This document shows positions 40,078 to 53,384 of a stretch of 64,000 nucleotides of DNA, piece after piece; within the stretch, counting starts at the first letter, position 1; the number at the start of each line of letters is the position of its first letter. This DNA comes from the human T2T-CHM13v2.0 reference genome, Homo sapiens. The DNA lies in the NCBI RefSeq assembly GCF_009914755.1, contig NC_060930.1; one strand, written 5' to 3'. The position numbers were made by a program, and so were the translations under genes. Under the pieces are notes generated by a model, which was not told where the DNA came from, ran no database searches, and saw only the letters and a list, made by a program, of their open reading frames with translations.

Positions 40078-42120
40078 GTTATGGTCCTTTAAGGGCAGCT
40101 AGAATTTTACCAAGTTAGCCTGAACGTAATCGATTGGCTGGGGCAGAGCGGGCTGGAAGTTCTGTGTTTCTTAAGAAGCACGAGGCAGAGCAGGGCCTGG
40201 CTCCCCCAGCTTTGTGATTGGACCTGCAACTTTACCCCATCTGGCCCACCTACCTCTCTTCTGGACTGTCTCCAGATCCCCTTATCTGCCAAGTTTTGTC
40301 TCCTTCAAACTTCTGAACTCTTGGGCGTGTGTAGCAGTGAGCCTCTTTGCAAAGGGTTCGTTTCCTCGGGCACTCATCTTTACTGAACATGGCCCAGCTT
40401 GTCATTGTGAAGGTGACATTGGTTCAGTGATTGCTTAAATGGCATGTGGACCGTGGGAAGCAGTAGGAGCGTAGTAAGACAGTTGGCTGCCATTCAACAT
40501 TTCAAATAGATGGTTTACTCAAATCACTCACTTCTGGTTGATGGTAAAGAGAGCAGATGGCTTAGAAAACATGATACAGGAAAATTTAGTATGTAATCCA
40601 GTAAATATCCTAAGTTATTTATTTTCATGTGTGTGTGTGTGTTTAAATCAAGTAACCCTTTTAATTGAATTTTAAAATGACAGCGAATTTTGACATTCTG
40701 AGAAATGGGGATTTTGAGATGTTTCTCTCCATATCTCCCTTTGTCCTGTGTGTGTGGCCGACGCCCTCTGGATGAAGAGGCTGTAGCCATTGAGCTCCCT
40801 GTGGGGGCCTGTTTCATCTCGAGGGGACTGCGTGTTGCTCTGTGTGGTTTGAGAGAAGCTGCTCTTCTCTGTTACTTCCCTTCTATGAAGGTAGAAGCTT
40901 TCAGTGTTACAACTTCTGATGGCGGAAAATTTAGTTTTTATTAATAATTCCTTCTTTGATAGTCTAGTGAACTATATTAATAGAACAGTGTACTGTTCAC
41001 AGAAAAGAACTTGTAGGGAGTTTTTTGTAGTGATATGCTCTATTAGGATACAGAACAATCTAAGAGTAAGCTTGATAGACATGATGTGACTTCACTTAAA
41101 TGGAGTAGAGTGAATAATGTAAGGACACTCACCTCTGTTGAAATTGGTGATTTCTGCATTTTGTAGACCTTTGCCCTCTAAGTTTATCATCATATTATCT
41201 GTTGAATCTGAACAGCATTTGAAGTCCTCTCAAAGAGTTTGAGCTTTCAGGATTAGGTTCCCCTGTGAGTCTTTCACTTGTGTAATGGTAAGTCAACATT
41301 GATGATCTTTCTAAGGAAATCAGATTTACAAAATGCTGAGCCGCTTGATGTCTAAGTGTTGGTGGTTTTTGCTGTTGCTTTGCTGTTCCATGAAAGCGCT
41401 CCCTGGCTGCTTGGAGGGCTGTGCTTTTCCAGGTCAGTGCCAGCTTGGCTGTCCCAGGCCGTGCACAGTGCCCATTGCTATAGCTGGGCCCAGTCCTGGC
41501 CACGCCGGAGCCTCGGCGGGGGCAGCTGGGTTGTCACGGCAGCACAGTGCACATGCAGAGAGGACCAGGCCATGTTTTTCCTGTGCTGAGAAACTCTTGG
41601 GTTATTTAATTTTTCCAATGTGTTTTCATAACTCATGATTATGTGAAATACACTTGTGTTAGTAACTGCTTCTATAATTAAGTGGTCACTGTAAAAAGGC
41701 AAATAACCTATTTTTATATCAGAATGTCCAAAACTCATGGGTTTGCTTTGTTATAGAAAAATGTGCCATTCATTTGTTGGGTAGAATAAAGTTGTCTTGT
41801 AATTGTATCTGCTCTTGGTATAACTAAAAGAGGATATTTTGATTTCTTCCTAAAATGTTACCAAGCAACTGTTCTTCATGTTAATACTAAGATTCTTGAT
41901 AGTTCCATTTAAAAGCCACAAGAAGTCATTCTGGTTTATTCCTCACTCCAAGGGAACACTTACTTTGTGTAGACAAGAAGATGAGAGTCTTTCCTTCAGG
42001 ATTTCTAAACACAGAGCAAGAAGATTCAATGAAAAATTGGGCTCAGGGCAGTAATTGGGGCTGGCATTTATTCTTAAGAGTTTTCTCCCTCAAAAGGTGA
42101 AGGAGTGACATTGCGTATTC

Positions 42121-42124
<4 letters not shown>

Positions 42125-42165
<41 letters not shown>
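42125..42165. repeat. (TG)20 microsatellite
   Basis: Read directly. Confidence 0.95.
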
Positions 42166-42167
<2 letters not shown>

Positions 42168-43261
42168 CTCTAGAGGGAGTAGGGAGAAAATACAGGATGA
42201 AATTGAAAACAGGGACTAACAACTTTTCACTGAATGCCAGCAAGCTCTCTAAAATTAGTTTTCTTTGGTTGAACAAATTTACAATTCATTGTACTTCATT
42301 TCACAGCATTAAACATTTACTCGAGGCAGTTTATTCTGTTTGCTCTTTCATCCCCCTTCTTATTTACTTTTTTCTTGTGCTCTAAAACTTTTGTCAATCT
42401 TTAACAAAACTGTGCTGTTACCTTTTTTAATGTTAAAAGAATTTTAACACTGTCAACTGTAGTTTGTGCAGATGTATGTCAGAAAAAAATGTACAGTATG
42501 TGTCAAAATATATTTGAATATCTTGTTGCTGTTGCTGTTAGTTCCTGGCTCTCTACTTTTCTGTCTGTTAGGGAGTTTCTTAAGATTTGAAATACAAGTT
42601 AAGAACTATGGAAAGCATATTTGTTAGATTGTTACTTTGGGAGAATGAGTGTTTTTTTTTTTTTTCTTCATTTCTGGTTTCCTGTTAATCTCCTTCCTGA
42701 TAACTGAAGTAAACAGGGTGGTTCACTCATGTCCTCCTTGTCCAGGAAGGACTGCTCTTCTGCATTCATGGGGGCTCAGTGAAAAAGAGTGCACGTTTGC
42801 CTTTTGGAAAGTGCTGGCCATAGAAAGCCAGTGACAGCCTATTTTTAGTTTTGCATTATCTTTAAACACAGCAGTAACAGGTAAGTTAATATCCTGCCAA
42901 AATCAGAAGAGGAGAGAGAGAAGGAAGTAACAGGAGCGTGGAGGAAGGAAAGAAGGAAAGCAGAGGAGAATTCAGTCCACTGGGATAATGGAAAGGCATA
43001 AGTGACTGGGAAGCAGGAGGCTGAGAATCCATTCCATGCTTCTGAGCAGTTTTCTGTCAAATAATCCAGAATAGTATTAATGTACTTGTAAGTCTAGGGA
43101 GAAGACTCTGGATTGACCTGCTGCTTCTGTTACATAGTAATTGTAACTATTAAACTTTGACGTCAGTGTGATGATGAGGATTGTTCCCTTTGAAGGCCCA
43201 GTGGGTCGGCTGTTCCCTTCTCACCTCTGACCTTTGCACTCTTGTCTATTCCCGCCCGCAG

Positions 43262-43550
43262 AGGCGACAGGAAGAAGGGTATTACAGCCGCCTGGAAGCC
43301 GAGAGGCGCAGACAGCACGACGAGGCGGCGCGCAGGTTGCTGGAGCCCGAGGCGCCCGGTCTGTGCCGCCCTCCGCTTCCCCGGGACTACGAGCCCCCGT
43401 CCCCGTCCCCCGCGCCCGGCGCCCCTCCTCCCCCGCCTCAGCGAAACGCCTCCTACCTCAAAACACAGGTCCTCTCCCCCGACTCGCTGTTCACTGCCAA
43501 GTTTGTTGCATACAATGAGGAGGAGGAGGAGGAGGACTGCAGCCTAGCAG
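43262..43550 (+). CDS. AFDN: Afadin long-isoform exon, RRQEEGYYSRLEAERRR...PPPPPQRN...EEEEEEDCSLA(G)
   Basis: cccgcag|AGG ... CAG|gtcagg; 289 nt; ORF-track 43181..43816. Confidence 0.95.
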
Positions 43551-43816
43551 GTCAGGATAAGTACTCCAGCACAAGAAAGTCTCATGGGGACCTTCTTCCT
43601 GCCCCTCTTAAACCACGGCCACCCCCCTGCCAGCCACGCCCGGCCTCCGATGGCGTCTTTCTCTCCAACTCATTCCAGCCACCCTCAGCCAAAGCCAACA
43701 GTACTGCTCACAAAAAAGGCCAGCCCCTGCCCCCTCCAAAAAAATCCAGCTCCTACCATCCCAGCCACTGCAAAGGTAGAGGTAAAAGAGTGACAAATCA
43801 GCTCTCTTTGTCTTAA
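43551..43816 (+). CDS. AFDN: Read-through alternative C-terminus (G)QDKYSSTRKSHGDLL...NQLSLS*
   Basis: Frame stays open for 88 more codons past the donor, proline/lysine-rich; stop TAA 43814-43816. Confidence 0.7.
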
Positions 43817-45796
43817 TGATTGGAACCTCAGCATCTCTCTGCACACTTGCCCTGTAGTATGGTCCATGGCGATCATACTTGCCTTGGAATTTGGATGTCA
43901 TGTGATCACTGGTCTCGGCATGGTGATCCTCCTCTGCCTCTGATTGTGATGTTCTGTGCTAATACTCTTTGGTAGATATCTTAGTACTCCGATTTCTTTT
44001 ACACTTTAAAAAGTTCCATTTCTTTGATCAGCTGACAATCAGTCCTTCTCTGTTGTTCCCAAATCACTTGAAGTACTGTTGGTCTTGGCTTTCATTTTCT
44101 CTCTCTACCAATGATCTTCTATTTGTTTGAACAAGTGCTTTTCACACGCTGTAGTGTCTCTAGAGACAAAGGTTATAATTCTATTATAAGTTTCCTTTAT
44201 TTAATGTTGGCAGAACTTTCTGTTCTGGATTAAGTAGCCTGTGGAATAGATCACGCGCTCTCATGGTGGTTTGGTTGGTGTGGCCGGAGCATCCGCTAAG
44301 CTGGTTCACTGTTGGCTTCATGACCTCCGTGCAGGCTGCCTCACGCCAGGGTCCAGAGACCCCCGTTACAGGGAAATTCCTCTCATCCCCTTTTCCTCTA
44401 ACTGGCTTCACTCCTTCCTGTTACTTGCACTCTTAGCACCTAGTAACACCAGCAGCCAGACCTTAGCAGGCGTGCAGCTGCCGTTAGGGAAACCCCTATG
44501 CTGACTGTAGAGCAGGACAGTTGTGCAGGGGACAGGGCCTAGAGGCTGTCACAGGCGTGGGTTCAGTAGTCATTGTTTTCAAGACAGCATGTTTAAAATA
44601 TAGCTGAATTCATAAGGATTCAGATTTCACACTAATCTTACCTTAAATGAAACTGGAATTCTGGTACTAAATATCTTCAAATACAAGAGTATTACTTTTA
44701 GTGAGTGTATGAGAGTCTTCTAAATCCTGCATCATTCTGCATAAGCAATGCATGGGACTCGACAATTCTGAAATTGTCAAATATTCTAAGAGTCAGTGTA
44801 ACTGTCACCCTTACAAATAACAGATTAATTTTGCCAGAATTCTGTCTTTCCCCGCCCCCCTGGATCAGAGCTTTGATCTACTTTGAAGGTTTAATATATA
44901 ATAATATTTAGGTTGAGTCACTTTGGAAGCCAGGATTAAATCATTTTATGAAATATCTGTTGTAAGTATCTACAATTTGGTACCTTTTAGAGAAATTTAC
45001 GGAATAATAGTAAATTTTGAAGCAGGATGCCATCAGTCTCCTTGTATTGAATTTTATAAGCTGAACCTAAGATATTTTTTTATGTGTCATGACAGAAATG
45101 TGAGGTTTGGTAGCCAAGTATTATAATGAGGTGTCACTACTCACCATCTTGGCTCTCAGTCCTACCACTAACCCTTATTTTACCGCACACATGAAGTACC
45201 TCACAGGACCAGGTCATAGCCGACATCTGATTGCTCCACCTCTTTGAAGACTTCTTCGTAATGTACAGAGCCGTCTGCACCGTGTGCAGAGCGCATTCCG
45301 ACCTTGTGTCCTCCTCATTTCACTAGCATGGTCTCATTCCTTGCTCAGCTCTGTTTGTGTCGCGAGCACTCTGGTAAAGCATGCTTCTGCAGATGGACTG
45401 GGCTTCTTCCACTGGACAGTGAGAGGAGCAGCATTAGGATGTGAATGAGTAATGCCAGATTTGAACATAGCACTGTATGAAAGATTCATTACTAAAGCTT
45501 TTTGAAAATGATCTGTGATTTGGAGTATTCATAGAGAGTCAGCTGAAGGTATTTGATACTCTTAAGTCTAAAAGTTCCGAAAATTCAGAAGAATTAGTTT
45601 TACCAGTGGAAGAAGCCAGTATCATTCTTAAAGCTCAAAAGATATAATACAATGTTTTTAAAACTAAGCAAGATAAAAAATTTGGAACTAAAATTGAAAA
45701 AAATGTCTCCATGCGGTAATTTATCTAAAGGCCCGCTATAAATTGTCGTAAGGTGGAGATGTGTTTCTGTTGAATCTTTTGAGTCTTTGCTGAGGA

Positions 45797-45812
45797 TGGC
45801 GCCCTCTGCAGG
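45797..45812 (-). promoter_or_regulatory. Candidate CTCF site CCTGCAGAGGGCGCCA
   Basis: Close match to the CTCF core CCASYAGRKGGCRS. Confidence 0.55.
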
Positions 45813-46618
45813 GTGGTGGGAAACCTGAGTGAAGGTGCAGTGCAGAGAGGCACCTTCAAAAGGCAGCTGTGTCCCGTCTGCAGCACATCAGATGAGTTCT
45901 GCACAGCAGGTCCTTTTGTAGAAGAGGAGAAACAAAAATGTATTTTTGTGCAAGTTGTTTGAAAAAGAATTTTAATGTGAAAATATTGTACTACTTTTGT
46001 GGCCTGTTTAATCCAATATTCATTGCTGTCAGTATTTGCTAAATAGTTTGAGCATTTATTACTGCAGCCTGTATTACACTGTCAGATTTTTCCAGTGTGA
46101 ATTTTTCTAATGCTACAATTAATAGAAATACATTAACACTGATTTACTGCATTATGATTTTAACAATATAACATTGATTGTTACTTGGATACACTTAGTG
46201 ACATTATTACTTGGATACATTGAAAACTTTGTATCTGCATCACATCTTTTGATCCTCAACAATCCACCGAAGCCAGTAGGAACAGGGCAAATGTTGCCGA
46301 TGGGTTGATGTTACACTCACCCAGAGTTGCTGTGCCAGTCAGAGGCAGAGCTGGGCCAGTGGGCAGTATTCCTCCCTCATAGTGAAGGGCGTCAGGTCAA
46401 CATTTTAGCACCTTTTGAGAGTAGTAATTGGATTGCTCAGGCCACCAACAGGGATGAATTTCAAACTGATGAAACTTTGATACAATATGAGGGGTCTTTT
46501 ACCTTCCTACTTACTCAGTAAAGGTATTTTTGTATTCTCTGAGCACTGCATCTTTATCATGAGTAAAGCTTAGAAATAATCAGGTACTTTAACTTGTACT
46601 GTTTCTTTCATGGAAAAG

Positions 46619-46703
46619 GACCAAACTCTTACCCAGGATCTACTGGAGCAGCTGTTGGAGCCCATGACGCCTGTCGGGATGCAAAAGAGAAGCGCTCTAA
46701 AAG
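46619..46703 (+). CDS. AFDN: Afadin penultimate exon, PNSYPGSTGAAVGAHDACRDAKEKRSK
   Basis: ggaaaag|GA ... AG|gtatgg; 85 nt = 2 + 81 + 2, phases consistent. Confidence 0.92.
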
Positions 46704-47286
46704 GTATGGACGGTTGCACTAGACGAGGAACTTCATCTGTACCTGATGAGCCCTTTCACTCTTCACGACACCTTGAGATTATGTAAACAGACTTCATGGC
46801 TTCACTCTGTGACCTCACCTGGATTGTAATTAGGAATGCTATTGCCCCAAGTGTTCTTAAAACATGGAATTTGAACTCACCAGAAAAATCATCAGTACTA
46901 TTCTATAACTTATTATTAAATTTGGCATATTTATAGATGCCTCTCAGGTACATGTAAGATGCCTTAAAATGCTGTATTTTAAAACTGTACCCCTCAGGTT
47001 ACACTTAACTGGTAAGAGTCACCTGCTTGCTAAAATCTAACTTACAAGTTTTTTGAGAGTTGACTATGACTGGGAAAAGTTAATGTTGTAGCCAAGAGAA
47101 CATGTTGCCCTTTTTTTCTAGATGGGTTTAAATACAGCCCCTGTGATTTCGATTATAAGAAAGGTTATAGCACAATTTAACAAAGAATGAGTGAAAATTT
47201 TAATCGCCCATTTTGCAAACGTGTGTAATTGTTGACAGGTTGTTTCTAGTTTGTCCAGTAATCTTTGATATTGCCCTCTTCTGCAG

Positions 47287-47440
47287 CCAAGATGCAGATT
47301 CACCTGGAAGTTCTGGGGCCCCTGAAAACTTGACATTCAAGGAACGCCAGCGTCTTTTTTCACAAGGTCAAGATGTATCCAATAAAGTGAAAGCTTCTCG
47401 TAAATTAACAGAACTGGAGAATGAACTGAACACAAAGTGA
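47287..47440 (+). CDS. AFDN: Afadin last coding exon, QDADSPGSSGAPENLTFKERQRLFSQG...ENELNTK*
   Basis: cttctgcag|C; TGA 47438-47440; recognised l-afadin C-terminus. Confidence 0.96.
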
Positions 47441-49530
47441 AAGAAAATGAGGAGAACACTTTGTATTTACCCCAAAATCTTTTCAGTTGTGGGTTTGTAG
47501 GTGCGAGTTTGAAGAGGAAAAGAGGAAGGGGGTTATATTTCTAAGTGATTTACAATTTCTGTTTCTAAAATTGTTGGGATTTAGAAATGTTTCAATTCCA
47601 AGAAATTTTATTTTACTTTACCATGAGATTGCCATTTATGTAATTTAAACACTGTCTAGTTTCTTAATTATCTAACTCACACGAGGGTAAGTTTTTTGTT
47701 GGTTTCTTTTTTGGAGTCCTGAGTTCAAAGGGGACAGAACTAAGGGCAGGAGAAGAGAATGGATGTGTCTTCTCTCCCATCTTCCCCTCATCATCGACCG
47801 AGGAGCACAAAGAAGTTCTGTTTCTGTTTTTTTCAGAAACTTTATTTTAGCTGTCAAGCAGAGAATAGCTTGAACTATTCAGACTATTGTTGGCACTGTT
47901 TAGTAGTGACCACACGCTCTTCTACCCGGGAAGGAACATATGACGACATGCTCCTCCCATGTCCCCTGATGGTGTCTGTTCCCACAATATCCTTCTAGTC
48001 TGCATCGTGAAGTGGCTTAGGCCAAAGCTTCCTGTGTGATGACGCACGTCCGAGACTGTTCCATCTCATTCCTCGCAAATTTGAGCTCTTCTGATCAATT
48101 CTAAATATTTGATTAATTTTAATTCTGAAAGAAAATTTTGAGGATTTAAGCTTAGGGGATTTTATTTTTATAAATACCAGATTATTGTTAGACTTAATAA
48201 ATCACTGTTAAATTTAAAGATGACAGTTACCTTGGAAAGTTCACTAATACTTCGCTCCAAGGCGTCTGTAAAAGAAGATATCTTTATTGGAGCAATGTTC
48301 ATGTGACTGGGAATGACAGAAGAATGGGAGATGAGTAGGGACCCCTCAAGCACAGCTGTCACTCAGAAATTTTAAATTTGAAAAAGAAATCGATTTTCAT
48401 CTGTATGCCGTCAAGGAAGGAATTCAGTTACAGGGCATCTGTAACTTAAATATTGTAAGAATAACTCATATGGAAGTTCAAGCTATTTTTATACTATAAT
48501 AGAGTTATTTAATTTTAATTTGTTGAATTATTAGTTACCACTGTCATTTCTTCAGCTATGGATATGTGGCTGATGTTGGGGAGACGGACCTCAGTGTGTT
48601 TTATATTGTCTGGTGTTAAGATGATAAATTACTTTGTGATTACAAGCAAATTTTCTATTTGACAAAGCCCTTGGTGGAGTCCAAATGATTTTTCTGTACC
48701 ATATTGTTCTCTTACACATACGTATGTTAGGAAAATAGGCACACTTTCAAAGAGAATGTTCTCTTACACATACGTATGTTAGGAAAATAGACACATTTTC
48801 AAAGAGAATGTTCTCTTACATATGTTAGGAAAATAGGCACACTTTCAAAGAGAGGTATAGGGGCTTTTTACTGCCTTCGAAATCACTTTTAATAAAAGTT
48901 GTATGATAAATCATTAAAAATGCGAGTGTAAATATTTTTTTTTACCTCTATCAGGGTTTTTATTTGAAAGTGTGCTCTTACCATTTCCTTGTTTGAGTAA
49001 GAGAGTGAATGGTTCTGAGTGTTTAGGAAGGATTTGCTTGCTTGCAGCAGAAGTTCTAGGAAAAGCAGGCACCTCCCAAATATCTTGAGGACACTGGCAG
49101 CCTTATGGTGACTAAATCCACACTTTCTTTAAAGAGATGCAGATGAATTACTTTTCTGTTAATATATAGAAAAATACACAGGAGAACATGCAGATACATG
49201 TAAATATCTACATACAGGGATATTTGTATGTGTGGTTGTGAAACCCATACACAAGTGGATTTGGCCATCTTTGGGCAGTGAGGTCAAATGTGAATATGTG
49301 TAAAAGTGCTTTTCAGAACTGCATTACTATGAGAAAACATCAAAACTGCTGTAGTTTTCCATTTCTACTGTATTTCAGTTGCAACCTATTTTTAATAAAC
49401 TTTGTATGTATTTAAGTGTATTTGCTATTGTTTTGAAAGTGCTGACAAAGTTTATATTTGTAACATCAGCCTTCCTCGCCCATCTCTTTCCATCTGTCTC
49501 TTCTTCATTAAACACTTACTGAGTATGATT
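47441..49530 (+). other. AFDN: AFDN 3'UTR (3' end approximate)
   Basis: AU-rich sequence after the stop; poly(A) signals AATAAA 48891 and 49394, ATTAAA 49507, AATAAA 49720. Confidence 0.7.
48705..48853. repeat. Tandem triplication of a 52-bp unit in the 3'UTR
   Basis: Units start at 48705, 48757 and 48809; the third lacks 6 nt. Confidence 0.95.
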
Positions 49531-50019
49531 TCTGTGTCAGGCAGTGGTTTTCATTTGTGGGGACGTGTCGTGTGCCTCGTCACACAGCTCACGGGTGGTG
49601 TCTGAGTCTCATAAGCCGTTCTGCTGCCCAGGCCTTCCTGATGCTTCCTTGATCCCAGCAAGCTTAGGTGGGCATTCGAGCCATTTCTCAGTGACACTGT
49701 CTCTTGGTGGCCCCTTTGAAATAAAATATCCGTAGTAATAAGTAAATGGTGTACATAAGGCATCCTGGTGAGAAGCGTCCTAGTGCAAGAACCCACTCGG
49801 GACGGCCTCGTGTAAAAGGGTGTGTTTGATTGTAAAACTACACAAGTCACATTGTGAGGACCTGGGAGCTGCGGGAGGCCTGGGCATGTGCGGGCGGGAC
49901 CTTCTGTGTGGACAGGGCTCAGCGCTGCCTCTGCGCCATCTCCTGCCTCTGCCTATTTCCAGTGGACCTTTTAATGGCCTGTGAGCAGGGGGATAGGACA
50001 GGGCAGGGATGGAGAATTT

Positions 50020-50150
50020 TTAGAGCTTTCATGGGGGGAGAAAAGGATGGGAAGTTGTTGGTTGAAGGATGCAAAGTTTCAGATAGACAAAAGGAATAGG
50101 TTTTCAGATCCATGTGCTGCACAGCAGGGTGACTGTAGTCCATGTATTGT
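50020..50150 (+). mobile_element. L1M 3'-end fragment
   Basis: gttgttggttgaaggatgcaaagtttcagatagac ... gcacagcagggtgactgtagt. Confidence 0.6.
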
Positions 50151-53100
50151 AAAAATAAGGACGTTCATGAAGGAAGGAGTGTGTCTTAGGGTTGTAGAAA
50201 CTTGTGGAGACCTTTTTGATAGAACGAGATGTTTGTGTATTAGAACTATAGTATTCACTTTTACTATATTTTAATGCTTGAAAGGGGACTTTAATGTTTG
50301 GGAATACAAAAACTTAGGAAGTCTGAGTATTATTACAGATTCCTTTTTCTCCTCAAGCCTTGTGTTTCTGTTGCTGTCAGTGGAAATAATGGTACTGCCC
50401 TACAGTGGTCTGTCATACGGACCAGCAAGCACTTGATCATTTTCTGGTGTGCGCCGTTGGACACAATTTCCTCTATCCTTTATTGAGTGGAAAACTGATT
50501 TCAAAGATTTAGTTATATTTAGTAAACATTAAGCAAAATTTAATTCGAGTGACTTGGAGGAGGGAAAGGATGTACAAAAAGTGATAGTTTTGTTATTTCC
50601 AGTATTTCATCCAGTTTATTCCAAAAATCACATAACCTCAAAAGAGACATACTAGACTTGAGATTGGGAATTGAAGCTAGTTTCTTGTTTAATTCAGCAG
50701 ATGTTTATGGGAGCCTGCGGGTGCCTCCTGCCTCAGTGACGGTGACGGGTCTCACAGCGCTTACCTGCTGTCCTGAAACAGCGTGGCTCTGCCCCCAGGG
50801 AGCATCACTCCAGGAGGCAGCAGCACATGTTCCATTTACATATGCAGATACATAGTAACTGTTAACAGTAAAGAAGTGCAGGGGACACCTGGAGGTCTAA
50901 TAAAGTTCCTGGGAGATGGTAGGCTGTTTTGAGAAAGTGATGATCTTGAGAAGCCTTGCAGATGGAAGGAGAAGCCTGAGGCAGATAAGCTGGAACCTCA
51001 GGAAGATCAGGGGAGCCCAGAGCCAGAGCCCCAGAACAGGAGGGTGCAGGCAGGGGCTGGAGAGAGCCGGGGGCCACCTGGCACTACCCGGTGGTAAAAG
51101 AGTGTATTTTCTAAGACCATGGCAGGAAATGTGACTTGTTTTCTTCACGCAGTGCAAAGCCTCTGCAGGGTTTCTAGGAGGGGCTGGGGCCACCCAGGTG
51201 ATGTCAGTGGCTGTCGCTCTGGTTGCCGGGATGGGAGGGGAAGGAATTGGAAGCCCGGAGCAGGCTCCTGCAGGAGTTGGAGGCTTTGAGGAACCAGATG
51301 GTGGTGTGGCCACCCAGATAGGAGAGCATGGAGGCATGGGCTGGGGTGGGCACAGGTAAGCTCTAGAGTTGTTTGCATAGCTACAGAGATGCCAAAGAAC
51401 AGATTAGAAAAGAGGACAAAACTCAGCTTGGCTTTCAAACAAATTGGTAACCATGGCTTTCTGTTTGAAAACTACTTTCACATGTCTTCAGTGGGTTAGA
51501 TCTTATTTTTCTCTGCTCTTCTAAATCTTACGTTTTATTCTTTTATAGGGACTACAGGCTTAAATGAATGTTAAATTGGAGACAGTGGTTCCAACTTCAA
51601 CTTGGAACTTTTAAAAATGATTATAAGATATTAAGTAATCTAAGCCCAAAGAGAGACCTGGGAAACCATAGAGTCAATTGTATGGCTTTAAAAATGTTCC
51701 ACCTTCCTCCCGTCAATCTTTTTTGTATGAGAATAGATCCCAAAATATAAAAACAGCCTAGCTCAGTTGAGCAAAATACGTACCATGTTCTGAACAGGCG
51801 AAGCATAGCTAGGGAGTCTCGGGACTTTGGGTTTGTCTGATTTCTGTAACTGCCATTACCTAAATATTGGAAAATTGCTGACATCGATGCAGAGACTGTC
51901 CAGAGCCCTCTAAGTCTTTGTGGACAAAGAGTGACTTATTTAATGAAGCAGCCTCTCCTTCCTGTGATGTGAGATGTTTATTTCTCTTTCCAGTTTTTTA
52001 ATTATACGTCACCCATTGCAGACTAGGCACCCATAAATATTTGTTGGGTAAATTCTTCTCAATCTGAAGTCTAGTATGTATCTTTGGGGTTGTGTGACTT
52101 TTTGGAATAAACTGGATGAAATCGTGGAATTAAAAATTCACTTTTTGCATATACTTTCCCTCCTGCAAGTCATCCAGTTACATCTTGCTTAGTGTTACTA
52201 AATATAACTTTCTGAAATTAGCTTTCCATGCAAGAAAACATAGAGGAATGCTATCTTCAGTACAGTAGACGGATTGCTCACAGACAGCTGGAGGCTGCAG
52301 TCTATAAATGATTTGATCAGATCTCTCTCAAGAATTCTTGTAGCAAGACAAGAAAAGGGATTGGTGGAATACAAACAAAAATAGGAAATGAAGGAAGAGG
52401 AGAGTGCAAAGGTGAGGACCACACAGGCCGACTGCATTGCGAGGCCGTGCTGCGCGGGGAGGCTGGGTACCACATACCAGTTGCATGTATTCAGAAGAGG
52501 AGCAAGACGCAAGCACCTTCCGGAGGGAATTTGTCTCAGCCTCATATTCTAAGAGGAGTTTCTCAGGCAGCACTGGACATGGGCCGCCCTGAATATTCTT
52601 TGCTCCTGAGGACACCATTTGCAGGGCTGACTTGTGTACATACACGGGGCCTCTGGCTGTCTCAGGTGGAGACACAGATTTGTCACACCTCTTGGCAGGG
52701 TTTCCAATGACATGGGCAGAGCCAGAGTCATTAAAGTGGTAAAGCATGTTGTATTCCAGAACTTTGTAATAGGGGGAAGAAAACACCGCAGTTTGGAGCT
52801 GGACTCAACTCTGCATACAGCAAGGCTGGAGGGCACTCAGGCTAAACTGACCCATGGGGAGTCTTCCTAAAGTCAGGCCTGGGGAACCCAGCATCACCTG
52901 GGGGTTGGCGGGGGACGCAGAACTGATCAGATGTCGGACGCAGGCGTGGGGGATTCTCACGGCGATGCAGACTTGAGGCTGAGTTGAAAAAGGGCGTGGA
53001 GAAGCCCAGGGTCTGGTCAGGGAGGGCGTCCTTGGCACTGGGGCCATGAGAAGCTGGTGTCCATGTTCCTAACCAACGATGCCACATGGTCGCCGCGATC

Positions 53101-53384
53101 ACGTCGCACACCGTGTCCTGTCACCTCTGCCAGGCGTGAGCTGGCCTTTTCGCCACTGTTCTCCTGGCCTATGTGCATGCCTAGCCAACAGCTGCTACGT
53201 AAATAAGCTTGGAAACAAAGTGATACGGACCTGATGTATTACAAACACGCTGCAGCAGGAGACGAGGCCTCCGTCCAGCACTGCCACCGACTCTCCTGGA
53301 ACCTTTGGCCACATTCTGTGACACGGGACAGGCTCAGAGCAGCTCAGTCCCCTCGAGACCTGACACCAGCCCCTTCAGAGACCA

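Noticed and set aside
46170-46222. Short direct repeat TTACTTGGATACA x2
   Set aside because: Small local duplication with no further structure
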